Program-made: the position numbers and the translations under genes
Origin: Bacillales bacterium
GTDB taxonomy: Bacteria > Bacillota > Bacilli > Bacillales > JAVBJX01
Direction of reading: 5' to 3'
Length of the DNA stretch: 64,000 nt
Assembly: GCA_031546705.1 (NCBI GenBank)
Contig: JAVBJX010000004.1
Span: forward strand, 142,712-206,711
The notes under the pieces: generated by a model
Seen by the model: the letters and a program-made list of their open reading frames with translations, nothing else
Databases searched by the model: none
Told to the model about the DNA's origin: nothing
Shown here: positions 1 through 9,334 of the stretch, piece by piece
Position numbering within the stretch: the first letter of the stretch is position 1
Layout of the letters: every line of letters begins with the position of its first letter

Positions 1-2037
1 CAACATAGAGTGAATATGCATAAAAGAAAGTTTATAAATATCAGACATAATTTGATTAAAATCCAAACAATTTGTTTTTTGAACAACTTTAATAACTCTT
101 GCCATTCCGATAAATTCCTTTGGAGAGGTAGAGCATAAATATCCCATATTATCTTTCTTGTAGTAGAGACTTTGTTCCGTCACCCATATATTTTTATCAT
201 ATTTATCATAAATAGCCATGCGACGATTAGCGTTCTTCAATATTTCGATGTAATCGAATGTAATGCCCATTCTGGATAATTTTTCTTCAATAAAAGTAAG
301 ATCTTCCCGACAGAATCCATCTCGATGAAATGTAATATGTTTTGGCACCTCAGCATATCTCTCTTTGTAAGAATGAATGGTATCATAAATAATTTCTTCT
401 ATGGTTGCTGTACTGATTTTTTCGCCAGCTTCATTTGTTGATAAAGACTTTTGCTTAATCATCGTTCCATCTTTGCCAATAATCTGGATAATTCCAGAGG
501 CATGTTTTCCATCTTCATGACTCACATCTAAGCCAATGAAACAATCAGAGTTAAGATTTTCACCAAGAACCCAAGGTTGTAAACCTGATTTCACATAAAT
601 GCCCAACAAAATATTTAAAATGGTGTAATGAGACTTAGACAATTCTAAAAGATCATTTGAAAACGAAATAAATTGAGTAACAATATCTTGTTTGCCTCCA
701 AACTCTTTTTTGATTGTTTTATATGCATTATTTATGAACTGTTCCGAAGCAATGACAATCACAGTGCCCTCGAAAGATTTTGAGATGGATTTTAATTCAT
801 ACGCTAAATCTGCGGAATTAAAAAAATTCTTCTCTAGTTTACCACGCAGTTCACGTGGTTTTTCCGAAACAATTAAGTTAACACCTAATTCAAAAGATTT
901 TTCTATTAATAACTTTGTTAATTTTCCTACATTTCTCCTCGTTTCTTCATTTTGTTGTAGGAGCGGGTCCACGAAAAAGCTGACGCGGGCTTCTTTTCCT
1001 TTGTAAACACCACCCTTTTTCAAACCCTCACTAATTTTAGTCATAGTTAATTCTTTACCGAACTTCAGTACAGGTGTGTTGGCATTCCTTATTTCGTAAC
1101 CTAAATTTACTGCTCTTACATTTTCTTTAGGGAACTCAAGCATTGGCAATTTTAACAACAGCTCACGAGTTTCTTTGAAAAGTTCCGTCATTTTTTCTTT
1201 CGGACTCATTTTGACTGTTTTAGAAGCAGTATTTCTTAAATGCATAGGTAATGATTCAAGCGAACAGCTAAGTTTTAATAACTGAGGTAAATAAGGAAAA
1301 ACTTTACCTTCTTTGCTTTTTACATGAACTATCAGAGATTCTTCAGTAACACTTAACAGCTTTTTCGTGTCTCCTTTTCGCGCATAATAGCTAATCACTG
1401 ATTCTTTTAAATAAGGACTTTCTTCTCCAGCTTTATAAGGTGCTATTTCTATGAATTCATATTCGTGAGTTCTTGAATTGTTAGGATCAACAACTGAAAT
1501 TCCTTTCGCAATATTCGACTCTCCCTTATTTAGCAAAATAAGAAGGTTGTCCCGATATTCAAAGCGATGAGTGTAGTTAAATCCCACATAGATTTCGTTG
1601 TTTTCATTTACCTTAACATCAATTTGAATTGCTGGATAGATTAATAATTCACTCTTGTTAATTGACTTTGTCTTCTTTAAGCGAAATGCTCCGCGATCCA
1701 TAACATGCGTAGAACGAGATCTTTGTTCTAATTCCTTTTTAACCAATCGTTCTAATAATTCTCTTTCAAAAGATCTTTCTAAAAAAATTGACCGTTCCTC
1801 ATATTTGATACACTCATGATTATCCCAACAGCTTATTTCAAAGAAAGATGCGACATATTGTCCGAAGAAAACGATAGTTTGGAAATTATTTTGCTTGCTT
1901 AGATTATAAACAATTTTTCCTCCCTGCGAGTATCTGTTTTCCTCGTCTGACAATGGAATAGTGTACAAATGAATTTTTAAAGAAGAAGCTTTGGTTGAAG
2001 CTAACCATTCCGAAAAATAGTACTGATTCTGATTCAT
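1..2037 (-). CDS. ago: Prokaryotic Argonaute, long-A type (N-PAZ-MID-PIWI); C-terminus truncated by window edge
   Basis: Manual translation from ATG 2037 (RBS GGAGG) gives 679 open codons to base 1: MNQNQYYFSEW...FERELLERLVKK...GFNYTHRFEY...AYKTIKKEFGGKQDIVTQF (MID pocket)...NILLGIYVKSGLQPW...DCFIGLDVSHE...EAGEKI...HITFHRDG...NRRMA...DIYKLSFMHIHSML. These motifs are typical of Firmicute pAgos such as KmAgo/CbAgo. Confidence 0.95.
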   Translation of the reverse strand, partial: MNQNQYYFSEWLASTKASSLKIHLYTIPLSDEENRYSQGGKIVYNLSKQNNFQTIVFFGQYVASFFEISCWDNHECIKYEERSIFLERSFERELLERLVKKELEQRSRSTHVMDRGAFRLKKTKSINKSELLIYPAIQIDVKVNENNEIYVGFNYTHRFEYRDNLLILLNKGESNIAKGISVVDPNNSRTHEYEFIEIAPYKAGEESPYLKESVISYYARKGDTKKLLSVTEESLIVHVKSKEGKVFPYLPQLLKLSCSLESLPMHLRNTASKTVKMSPKEKMTELFKETRELLLKLPMLEFPKENVRAVNLGYEIRNANTPVLKFGKELTMTKISEGLKKGGVYKGKEARVSFFVDPLLQQNEETRRNVGKLTKLLIEKSFELGVNLIVSEKPRELRGKLEKNFFNSADLAYELKSISKSFEGTVIVIASEQFINNAYKTIKKEFGGKQDIVTQFISFSNDLLELSKSHYTILNILLGIYVKSGLQPWVLGENLNSDCFIGLDVSHEDGKHASGIIQIIGKDGTMIKQKSLSTNEAGEKISTATIEEIIYDTIHSYKERYAEVPKHITFHRDGFCREDLTFIEEKLSRMGITFDYIEILKNANRRMAIYDKYDKNIWVTEQSLYYKKDNMGYLCSTSPKEFIGMARVIKVVQKTNCLDFNQIMSDIYKLSFMHIHSML

Positions 2038-2550
2038 ATTTATCCTCCACTAATCGAATTTATTTCCAATACAGGGCTTTAGCCTCGTCGTAGGTGAACG
2101 AACAGCGGATGCGTGGTTTTAAAACCACCAACTTTAAGAACAATTTTTCTTTTTCTATAAGATAATCCTTTTTAACCTTTTTCTTCGCTAATTCTTTCTT
2201 TAAGTAAAAATTAATAGTCGTAAGGTTCTTGTAATATCATAATCTATTTTATTAAAAAGGTTAGAAGGAAATTTTTGACCTTTCTCCAATATTTTTAGCG
2301 TCTCTTCAAAAAATCCTTATAACTATTGATATATTACAAAAATATCCTTTATTGTATAAAAAGTCAAATTCTGGTTGTGTAAGTAGATTTTCTTCACCGG
2401 AACTTATCGTTTAATAAATAACCATGAATACCCGATAATAAACGTTCTGTCCACATCGAACTAAACTATCTCCTTATTTGAATAAAAAAAAGCTGCCTAA
2501 GCAACTCGAATGTTATCTAACTATCGTACCCTCTATTTGAATAAAAGAGT

Positions 2551-3225
2551 TTATCCTTCATATTTCTTAAACGGTGTAAGTTTCAAAACAATTTTCATAA
2601 ACTCCTCATATGAAGAAAAATATTTATACCGCTTTCGAATAGTTTCTAATAACCAAAAAGGAACAGAATTTCCATCAATCATGTGATAGTACTCTTCATA
2701 CGCTTTTTTCAAATGCTCCCACCGAAAATCATTACCGGGCTGTGTATATTCCGAGACATCAAGTATTTTTGCTCTACCGTTTAGCAGTAAGATATTTTTT
2801 AAATGGATATCACGTGGATTTAACCCCTTTTTGCGTACATATTCTCTTGCATCCTCCACATCTTTTACAACCTGTTCTGGGATATGAATACCCTGTAGAA
2901 GGCAGTCAAAGAGAGTTTTTCCTTCCTCGTAACTTAAAACGAGGTATTGATCGTAAGAAGCAAAGCATGTTGAAAAAAAAGGTGAATCTTCTAGCACACT
3001 ATAAATATTTCTTTCAACTTTTATTTTTGATACTTTGTCCTTCGCATATATTTTAAATGCATAAGCTGGAGCATAAAGGTATTGGAAGACTGCTGCATCT
3101 GTCCCCACACCAATACAATTCAGATCATCAGAGTCACCACATATGGTTACAGATTCATTGTTAGGATTTGAGAAAACAGTAATTTTGGAAAGAGAATCAA
3201 TTGCGATGTCCCATTTATTCTCCAT
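2551..3225 (-). CDS. Small Ser/Thr protein kinase-like protein (YrzF-like)
   Basis: IGVGTDAAVF Gly-loop, AFKIY lysine, RDIHLKN catalytic loop, ILDVS. Confidence 0.8.
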   Translation of the reverse strand: MENKWDIAIDSLSKITVFSNPNNESVTICGDSDDLNCIGVGTDAAVFQYLYAPAYAFKIYAKDKVSKIKVERNIYSVLEDSPFFSTCFASYDQYLVLSYEEGKTLFDCLLQGIHIPEQVVKDVEDAREYVRKKGLNPRDIHLKNILLLNGRAKILDVSEYTQPGNDFRWEHLKKAYEEYYHMIDGNSVPFWLLETIRKRYKYFSSYEEFMKIVLKLTPFKKYEG

Positions 3226-3527
3226 ATCATCTTTCCCTTCATTATCTTTTACTTCTATAGAGTAATTGTATAATTACTCTCACAAAAAATGAATAACTTC
3301 TTAATAAAATAACTTCAACTCTAAATTAACAATAGCTTACTGTCTCAAAATTCACACTAACATGTATGTATATAGTTGGTTTTTTTGCGACTAGATACAC
3401 TCTCAATACACAAAAAAGAATATTTTGGAATGTTAGCCACCAAAAAGAAAAATATTTTTATAATATATTATAAATACATCATTTATTGTTTGACAAATTA
3501 AAAAAACCTCGTTTGTTCCCTTCAAAA

Positions 3528-4127
3528 TTACCTAAACCATCCCTTCTCTTTAGACTGCGTAATAGCTTCAATACGATTGGTCACTTCCAACTTATCCAAA
3601 ATAGTTGAAATATAATTTCTTACCGTTCCAGTTTTAATACTCAACTGATCCGCAATCTCCTTCGTATTCCTTCCACTTGCAATCAGCTCTAATACTTCTT
3701 TTTCACGTTGTGTAAGTGGATTTTCTTCGCTATATACATCATCCATTAATTCAGGTGCATAAATCCTCCTGCCAGCCACAATATGCCGAATAGAGCTCGC
3801 TAACTCCTCACTTGGACTATCTTTTAATAAATAGCCACGAACACCCGCTTTTAATGCTCGGCGAAAATAACCAGTTCGAGCGAAGGTGGTTAAAATAATT
3901 ACTTTGCATCCTAATTCTTTTAGTTCTTCAGCGGCATCTAGTCCACTTTTCTTTGGCATTTCTATGTCCATAATGCAAATGTCTGGATTGTGTTGATGCA
4001 CCAGAGAAATAGCCTGTTGTCCATTACTTGCTTTTCCAACTACTTCCATATCATCTTCTAAATTGAGTAAAGCACCTAATGCACCTAGCAACATTTGTTG
4101 ATCTTCAGCAATGACGATACGAATCAT
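3528..4127 (-). CDS. desR: NarL/LuxR-family response regulator DesR
   Basis: REC domain (AEDQ...MDIEMP) plus LTQREKEV HTH; in operon with desK and des. Confidence 0.92.
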   Translation of the reverse strand: MIRIVIAEDQQMLLGALGALLNLEDDMEVVGKASNGQQAISLVHQHNPDICIMDIEMPKKSGLDAAEELKELGCKVIILTTFARTGYFRRALKAGVRGYLLKDSPSEELASSIRHIVAGRRIYAPELMDDVYSEENPLTQREKEVLELIASGRNTKEIADQLSIKTGTVRNYISTILDKLEVTNRIEAITQSKEKGWFR

Positions 4128-5260
4128 AATAACTCTCCCTTCTCTGTCCGCTTTATCACATTCGGAATACTCATAATGATAATTGTTCCATTATCATTTA
4201 TAATATCTAAACTTCCATTAACAAATTCTAAACGCTCTTTCATTCCAAATATCCCGCTGCCTTTTCCTCTATTCTGTTCGTCTGTAATACCAATTCCATT
4301 ATCTTGAACAGTTACACATATTTCACCCCATGACTGCTCAATTTTGATTTGACAAGTAGAAGCTTGGCTATGTTTTACGATATTGTTCACGGATTCTTTT
4401 ACACACATACTTAAAATATTTTCAAGGTATAAGGATACATTTGCCAAAGTCCATTCCTCACTAATAAAATCTATTTCAGCCGCTTTTAATATTTCTGTGA
4501 CATGAATAATTTCCTCACTTAACCTAACTCCACGCATTTGTGATACCATTTTTCTTACCTCATTTAATGCCGTTCTCGCTGTTTGTTGAACGTCTTTTAA
4601 TTCACTTTGTGCTTGTTCGGGGTCTTTATAAATTAATTTTCTAGCTAAATCACTTTTAAGACCAATAAGAGAAAGTTTTTGTCCTAATGTATCGTGCAAA
4701 TCACGAGCGATTCTTTGGCGTTCTTCATGTTTTACTAGTTCAGCAATTCTTTCATTAGCATCTTGTAGCTGTTCCTCAAGAGCTTCTTGTTTCTTTTTAT
4801 TATAAATATTGAATGGAAGGAGGATGACACTAATTAAAATAATAATGATAAATGGTAACTGTGTTAAAAATAACTCATTCTTTTGAAGAACAACATTATA
4901 ATTTATAGAGATGATTGTACTAACTAAATGAATAACATAGAGTGTAATGAAGGCAATGCGGCTTTTTATATTGCCATTATAGTAGGCGATATAGAAAGAA
5001 AAATAAATGAATTGAAAAAGGATAGTCATTGTAACTGATATCCCAATAAGAATTGTTGTCCAAAGATATACTGGCCATTTTTTTGAAATAAAAGCAAAGC
5101 GGTAGGAGATAAAAAAAACAATTGTTAGTGTAATTCCGATAACTTTAGCAACTGTTCCAGAAGATTGAAAAACAAAATAAAATGGTAAAATGCTAAAAAC
5201 ACTCCACATATAAGGAGATGTTCCCCAGTTTTTTTGAAATATAGAGTAGCCTTTCTTCAT
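4124..5260 (-). CDS. desK: Membrane sensor histidine kinase DesK (HisKA_3)
   Basis: About 5 TM segments, ERQRIARDLHDTLGQKLS H-box, DNGIG; 4-nt overlap with desR. Confidence 0.92.
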   Translation of the reverse strand: MKKGYSIFQKNWGTSPYMWSVFSILPFYFVFQSSGTVAKVIGITLTIVFFISYRFAFISKKWPVYLWTTILIGISVTMTILFQFIYFSFYIAYYNGNIKSRIAFITLYVIHLVSTIISINYNVVLQKNELFLTQLPFIIIILISVILLPFNIYNKKKQEALEEQLQDANERIAELVKHEERQRIARDLHDTLGQKLSLIGLKSDLARKLIYKDPEQAQSELKDVQQTARTALNEVRKMVSQMRGVRLSEEIIHVTEILKAAEIDFISEEWTLANVSLYLENILSMCVKESVNNIVKHSQASTCQIKIEQSWGEICVTVQDNGIGITDEQNRGKGSGIFGMKERLEFVNGSLDIINDNGTIIIMSIPNVIKRTEKGELL

Positions 5261-5334
5261 TGGTAACCTCTTTCAGTTTTTTAATGATAGAAAGCACCAG
5301 CAAGCGTGTGTAACACCTACTAGTGCTTTAAAAA

Positions 5335-6357
5335 TCAAACGATATTTCTTTTTTTTGAAGCTATGACCTTTGCCTCTTTGTATCCAACAAAGTCTTTTCG
5401 TGTCTCATCCCATAGACGAAACTTGAGCGATTCCAAACTTGTGGATAACGTAAGTGTTGGGACGTTGTGTAAAGGATCTGTATTATTATGTGCTTCTTCT
5501 AATTTATAGTTTGGCACTCTTGGGCTTAAATGGTGAACATGATGGTAACCAATATTTCCAGTAAACCATTGCAATGGTTTCGGAAGTTTATAGAAGGAGC
5601 TTCCTTCTACTGCTGCTTTTACATATTCCCAATAAGCATCTACTTCAAAATACGAATCTTCAAATGTGTGTTGTACATAAAATAACCAAATACCAGCGGC
5701 ACCTGAGATTAAGAAAATCGTACCGTGTACTAACAGAAAAGCTTTCCATCCAACCGCCCAAATTAGAACGCTGACTACAGCAACAATAGCAACGTTTGTG
5801 AAGTATAAATTAAGCCGTTCTTTAAGCCTTGCATCTTTTCGATTAAAGCGGTTCTGAATAAGAAAACTATAAATTGGTCCAAAGCCAAACATGATGAATG
5901 GATTTCGATACAACCGATAAGATAATTTTTTCAAACTTGATGCCGCTATATACTCTTCAACAGTAAGCAACCATATATCCCCTGTACCACGCTTGTCTAA
6001 ATTGGAACTTGTTGCATGATGAACGGAATGATCATGTTGCCATTGTCCATATGGAAAAAATGTAATAATCCCTGTTATTGTTCCAACAATGTCATTGACA
6101 CGCCGACTTTTAAAAAAGGAGTAATGACAGCAATCGTGAAAGATAATAAATATTCGCACGAGAAATCCACCAGCAACAATACTAATAGCTAACGTAAGAA
6201 AATAGGATATATCAAGGCTTTTATATGCCAAAAGCCATAAAGCTACAAACGGAATAAACGTATTAATCATCTGCCAAACACTGTTCTTTGTGTTTGATTT
6301 TTCATAAGGAAGCATTTGTTTTCTCAATTGTTTTTGTTTTTCTTTTTCTGTAGTCAT
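5335..6357 (-). CDS. des: Fatty acid desaturase Des
   Basis: His boxes HDCCH, HSVHH, HHVHH; start moved to ATG 6357 (MTTEKE), which has an upstream RBS. Confidence 0.93.
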   Translation of the reverse strand: MTTEKEKQKQLRKQMLPYEKSNTKNSVWQMINTFIPFVALWLLAYKSLDISYFLTLAISIVAGGFLVRIFIIFHDCCHYSFFKSRRVNDIVGTITGIITFFPYGQWQHDHSVHHATSSNLDKRGTGDIWLLTVEEYIAASSLKKLSYRLYRNPFIMFGFGPIYSFLIQNRFNRKDARLKERLNLYFTNVAIVAVVSVLIWAVGWKAFLLVHGTIFLISGAAGIWLFYVQHTFEDSYFEVDAYWEYVKAAVEGSSFYKLPKPLQWFTGNIGYHHVHHLSPRVPNYKLEEAHNNTDPLHNVPTLTLSTSLESLKFRLWDETRKDFVGYKEAKVIASKKRNIV

Positions 6358-6420
6358 TGGGTTATTCCCTTCCTTTTTATTATTTATAATAAGGATATAG
6401 GAGTAACCCAAACTTTAGTA

Positions 6421-6457
6421 GTCATAGGTGTCATGGGTATCATATGACAAATGTCAT
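6421..6457 (-). promoter_or_regulatory. DesR-binding inverted repeat upstream of des
   Basis: Perfect ATGACA-AA-TGTCAT at 6444-6457 plus adjacent GTCAT half-sites, resembling the B. subtilis Pdes arrangement. Confidence 0.7.
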
Positions 6458-6473
6458 GTATTCAGTAAAAAAC

Positions 6474-7136
6474 CTATATTAGATTGGAAAATTTTTTCAA
6501 ATCTTTATTTTCTCCAATCACAACAAGTAAATCATCTTTATTTAATACTTTATCAGCATGTGGTGAAACTAAAATTTCCCCATTGTTGTTAGTAGCAATG
6601 ACACTAACATTATATTTTGCACGAAGATCGAGGTCACGCAAACTTTTCCCTGCCATTCTAGCAGGAATTTTTACTTCTTCAATGCTAAATCCCTTTGCTA
6701 ATTCAATATAATTTAACACATTTGGAGACATCAGTTGATTGGCAACTCTCTCCCCCATATCACGTTCAGGAAAAACAACCACATCTGCTCCTACTTTCTT
6801 AAGTACTTCTCCATGCCGATTATTTAAGGCTTTTGCGATTACTTTACTAACACCTAATTCTTTTAAAACTAACACCGTTAAAATACTTGATTGAATGTCA
6901 TCCCCAATTGCTACAATCACTGTATCTACTTCATGGATTCCAATTGATTTTAATGTAACGTCATCGGTTGAATCTGCAATAACTGCATGAGTGACACGTT
7001 GTTTTACATCATCAATACGCCCTTCATCCAAATCAATTGCTAGTACTTCATTTCCTGCATCAGCAAGTTTTGTAGCAATACTCATCCCAAACCGTCCTAA
7101 GCCGATTACTGCATATTGTTTTTTTGACATTTCCAT
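6474..7136 (-). CDS. TrkA/KtrA-KtrC family K+ uptake regulatory subunit
   Basis: VIGLGRFG Rossmann RCK_N plus RCK_C (GKSLRDLDLRAKYNVSVIA). Confidence 0.9.
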   Translation of the reverse strand: MEMSKKQYAVIGLGRFGMSIATKLADAGNEVLAIDLDEGRIDDVKQRVTHAVIADSTDDVTLKSIGIHEVDTVIVAIGDDIQSSILTVLVLKELGVSKVIAKALNNRHGEVLKKVGADVVVFPERDMGERVANQLMSPNVLNYIELAKGFSIEEVKIPARMAGKSLRDLDLRAKYNVSVIATNNNGEILVSPHADKVLNKDDLLVVIGENKDLKKFSNLI

Positions 7137-7370
7137 ACTCTCCTTAACCCATTACTACCAATTATTATTTGAAGTATTTAATACAATTTTTTGTAAATTT
7201 TTTATGTAATTCTATTAACCGTGTCACTTGTTTTTCAGCTAATTTAGGATTAGGAACTTCTGATAAGAAAACTACCGCAAGCATAACGACTGTATCAAGT
7301 CTTCAGCATTCAAAGTGGTATCTCCTGTATTTCCAAATTGTTACATTAAAATTTATTCAGTTATTTAGAA

Positions 7371-8612
7371 CTAAATTAAATAAAATTCCATCTGTCTTTT
7401 TGTTAAATATTCTACTTTTCCATTTATAAAAGTAATTGTTTCTTCCATATAAATTGGAATTTCTTGCTCCCATTCAGGAATGTACTGTCGAATATTAAAT
7501 TCCATTGCATAACATGTATTATTTCTAATTAGTAATTCACCACGAACAGGAATTTCTTCTTGTTTATCATATAAACCAATAAGTGGACCAATTCCATGAC
7601 AATAGTAGTCAATTGGATGTGAGTAAATCATTGCTTGTATATTTTCCGCTTTTGCTTGTTGTAAAGACAACATCAAAACTTCATTCCCAGTTCTATTTGC
7701 TTGGAAATTCTCTGCAATGATATCTTCCAAGCAATTAGCGGTTTTCATGGCATTTTTGAGTCCCACTGGTGCATCATGCTCTCCGATTTTTTTTACATAA
7801 GCTAACAACTGCGTATCAGTTGCTAATCCTAAGTATTGAATGCCAAAATCTAAATGAACAATATCTCCTAATAAAATAATAGTTTGCTCAAGGCGATCTT
7901 CCGACTCTCCACATCGTTGAATATCAACCGTTGGATAAAAAGATGTTTGTAGCCCTAAATCAAGCACACGCTGACGAATCCAATGAACGACATCTGTTGT
8001 TGTTGTTATTCCTGGATGAATTACAGAATTAGAAAGTGCTTCAGCAGCAATTTTGCGAGCGATTTCTACAATATATGGATAAATAACCAATTCATCCTCA
8101 CACCTTTGACTAAGCCAACCAATTACTACTTGTTCAGCAGACACTAGATTTTTTGCGTGATTTTCTCCAAGTGCTTCTTCTAACTGCTTATAATAAGAAT
8201 GAGTTAATCCATCGCTCATCGCATATGTACTAGATGTATTCAAACCAATTATTTTGGGATTTTTTTCCTGAACAATACGTGATAAACATTCCCATTGATT
8301 TTCGGATTTTGTATTCCACACTCTCTTATAAAACGGTTCAAAACTTGGATTCGGATGAATGACCATTCTTTCCAGTCCATTATTAGTTAGAGAAAAAACA
8401 AAAATGGTTAATCTTCGTGAACTATCAATGGAAGATGGAAACAAACTCGTTAGCACAGGGTCTTCGTTATATTCACGAGCAATCACAATCCACATATCTA
8501 GTTGATGTTCTCTCATTATATTTGGTAAAATTTTTTCTAAACGCTGAAATAGCCAGCGGTCTATTAGTTTATCACGTTCTTTTAATGGAAGAATTTCTTC
8601 TTTTAAGTTCAT
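7371..8612 (-). CDS. M24 family metallopeptidase (Xaa-Pro aminopeptidase-like)
   Basis: REYNEDPV N-terminal motif; metal ligands in HLDFG...TDTQ, YSHPI..HG, MEFN, MEE. Confidence 0.8.
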   Translation of the reverse strand: MNLKEEILPLKERDKLIDRWLFQRLEKILPNIMREHQLDMWIVIAREYNEDPVLTSLFPSSIDSSRRLTIFVFSLTNNGLERMVIHPNPSFEPFYKRVWNTKSENQWECLSRIVQEKNPKIIGLNTSSTYAMSDGLTHSYYKQLEEALGENHAKNLVSAEQVVIGWLSQRCEDELVIYPYIVEIARKIAAEALSNSVIHPGITTTTDVVHWIRQRVLDLGLQTSFYPTVDIQRCGESEDRLEQTIILLGDIVHLDFGIQYLGLATDTQLLAYVKKIGEHDAPVGLKNAMKTANCLEDIIAENFQANRTGNEVLMLSLQQAKAENIQAMIYSHPIDYYCHGIGPLIGLYDKQEEIPVRGELLIRNNTCYAMEFNIRQYIPEWEQEIPIYMEETITFINGKVEYLTKRQMEFYLI

Positions 8613-8676
8613 TTTACTTTCCTTTCCAGTAGATTTTTTTATGGACGGTTCACTTTAATGATCGCCCATTCCTTTT

Positions 8677-8877
8677 CTATTTCTTAAAATAAGTTTTATA
8701 ATATCCACCAATTTCCCTAGAGTTATCAATAATAAAATAATACTCCTCCGTTTCGTTTTTTAACTGATACTCTTTCCCTACAGTTAATTGATTGCTAACA
8801 AGGTATTTTTTAGCATCTGTATGTACGCACGTCACCATTGCAAGTGTTTTGTTTTCTGCCCATTTTAAATGATTCAT
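8677..8877 (-). CDS. Small conserved Bacillaceae hypothetical protein
   Basis: 66-aa ORF with RBS; VTCVHTDAKKY...LTVGKEY...NETEEYYFIIDNS motif. Confidence 0.7.
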   Translation of the reverse strand: MNHLKWAENKTLAMVTCVHTDAKKYLVSNQLTVGKEYQLKNETEEYYFIIDNSREIGGYYKTYFKK

Positions 8878-9334
8878 GTTATTTCTCTCCTTTTGTTATG
8901 TATAAGTTAAATTGTAAATCATCATTTTAGTATAAGCAATATACTTCTGCTTAGATATGTTTTTTATTTTTACGATTAGTTATTTAGAACATTGTTTTGT
9001 TTGTGTTTTTTCTTGAAAAATTTTTAGATTTCCAACTAATCGTTCTCTATTGTTTTATAAACAGTAAGGTCTTTTTTTGCTCAGAATAACAAAAAGATTA
9101 TCAACAACCCGTAGTATATTACTGATTTAGCAAAAGTAGAAATTGGTAATAGGTACGCTTGACAGTAAGTACTCGCAAAGAAAACTCATATTTTTAAAAA
9201 ATTATATATATCTGTTCATCACCTATGAATGAAATAATTTTTCCATCTTGATTTCTATCTTGTACAGTTAATTCATCAATATTTTTATAAAAAAACCCAT
9301 CCAACATTTTTCGCTGAATGGATTTTCATTCTTT

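Noticed and set aside
692-1006. 104-aa plus-strand ORF from the ORF track
   Set aside because: Antisense shadow of the Argonaute reading frame; no recognisable motifs.
7137-7370. c-di-AMP (ydaO) riboswitch upstream of ktr
   Set aside because: Conserved GCTGAATCC / GGGGxGAAT / CCCGTCAGCTAA blocks are not present.
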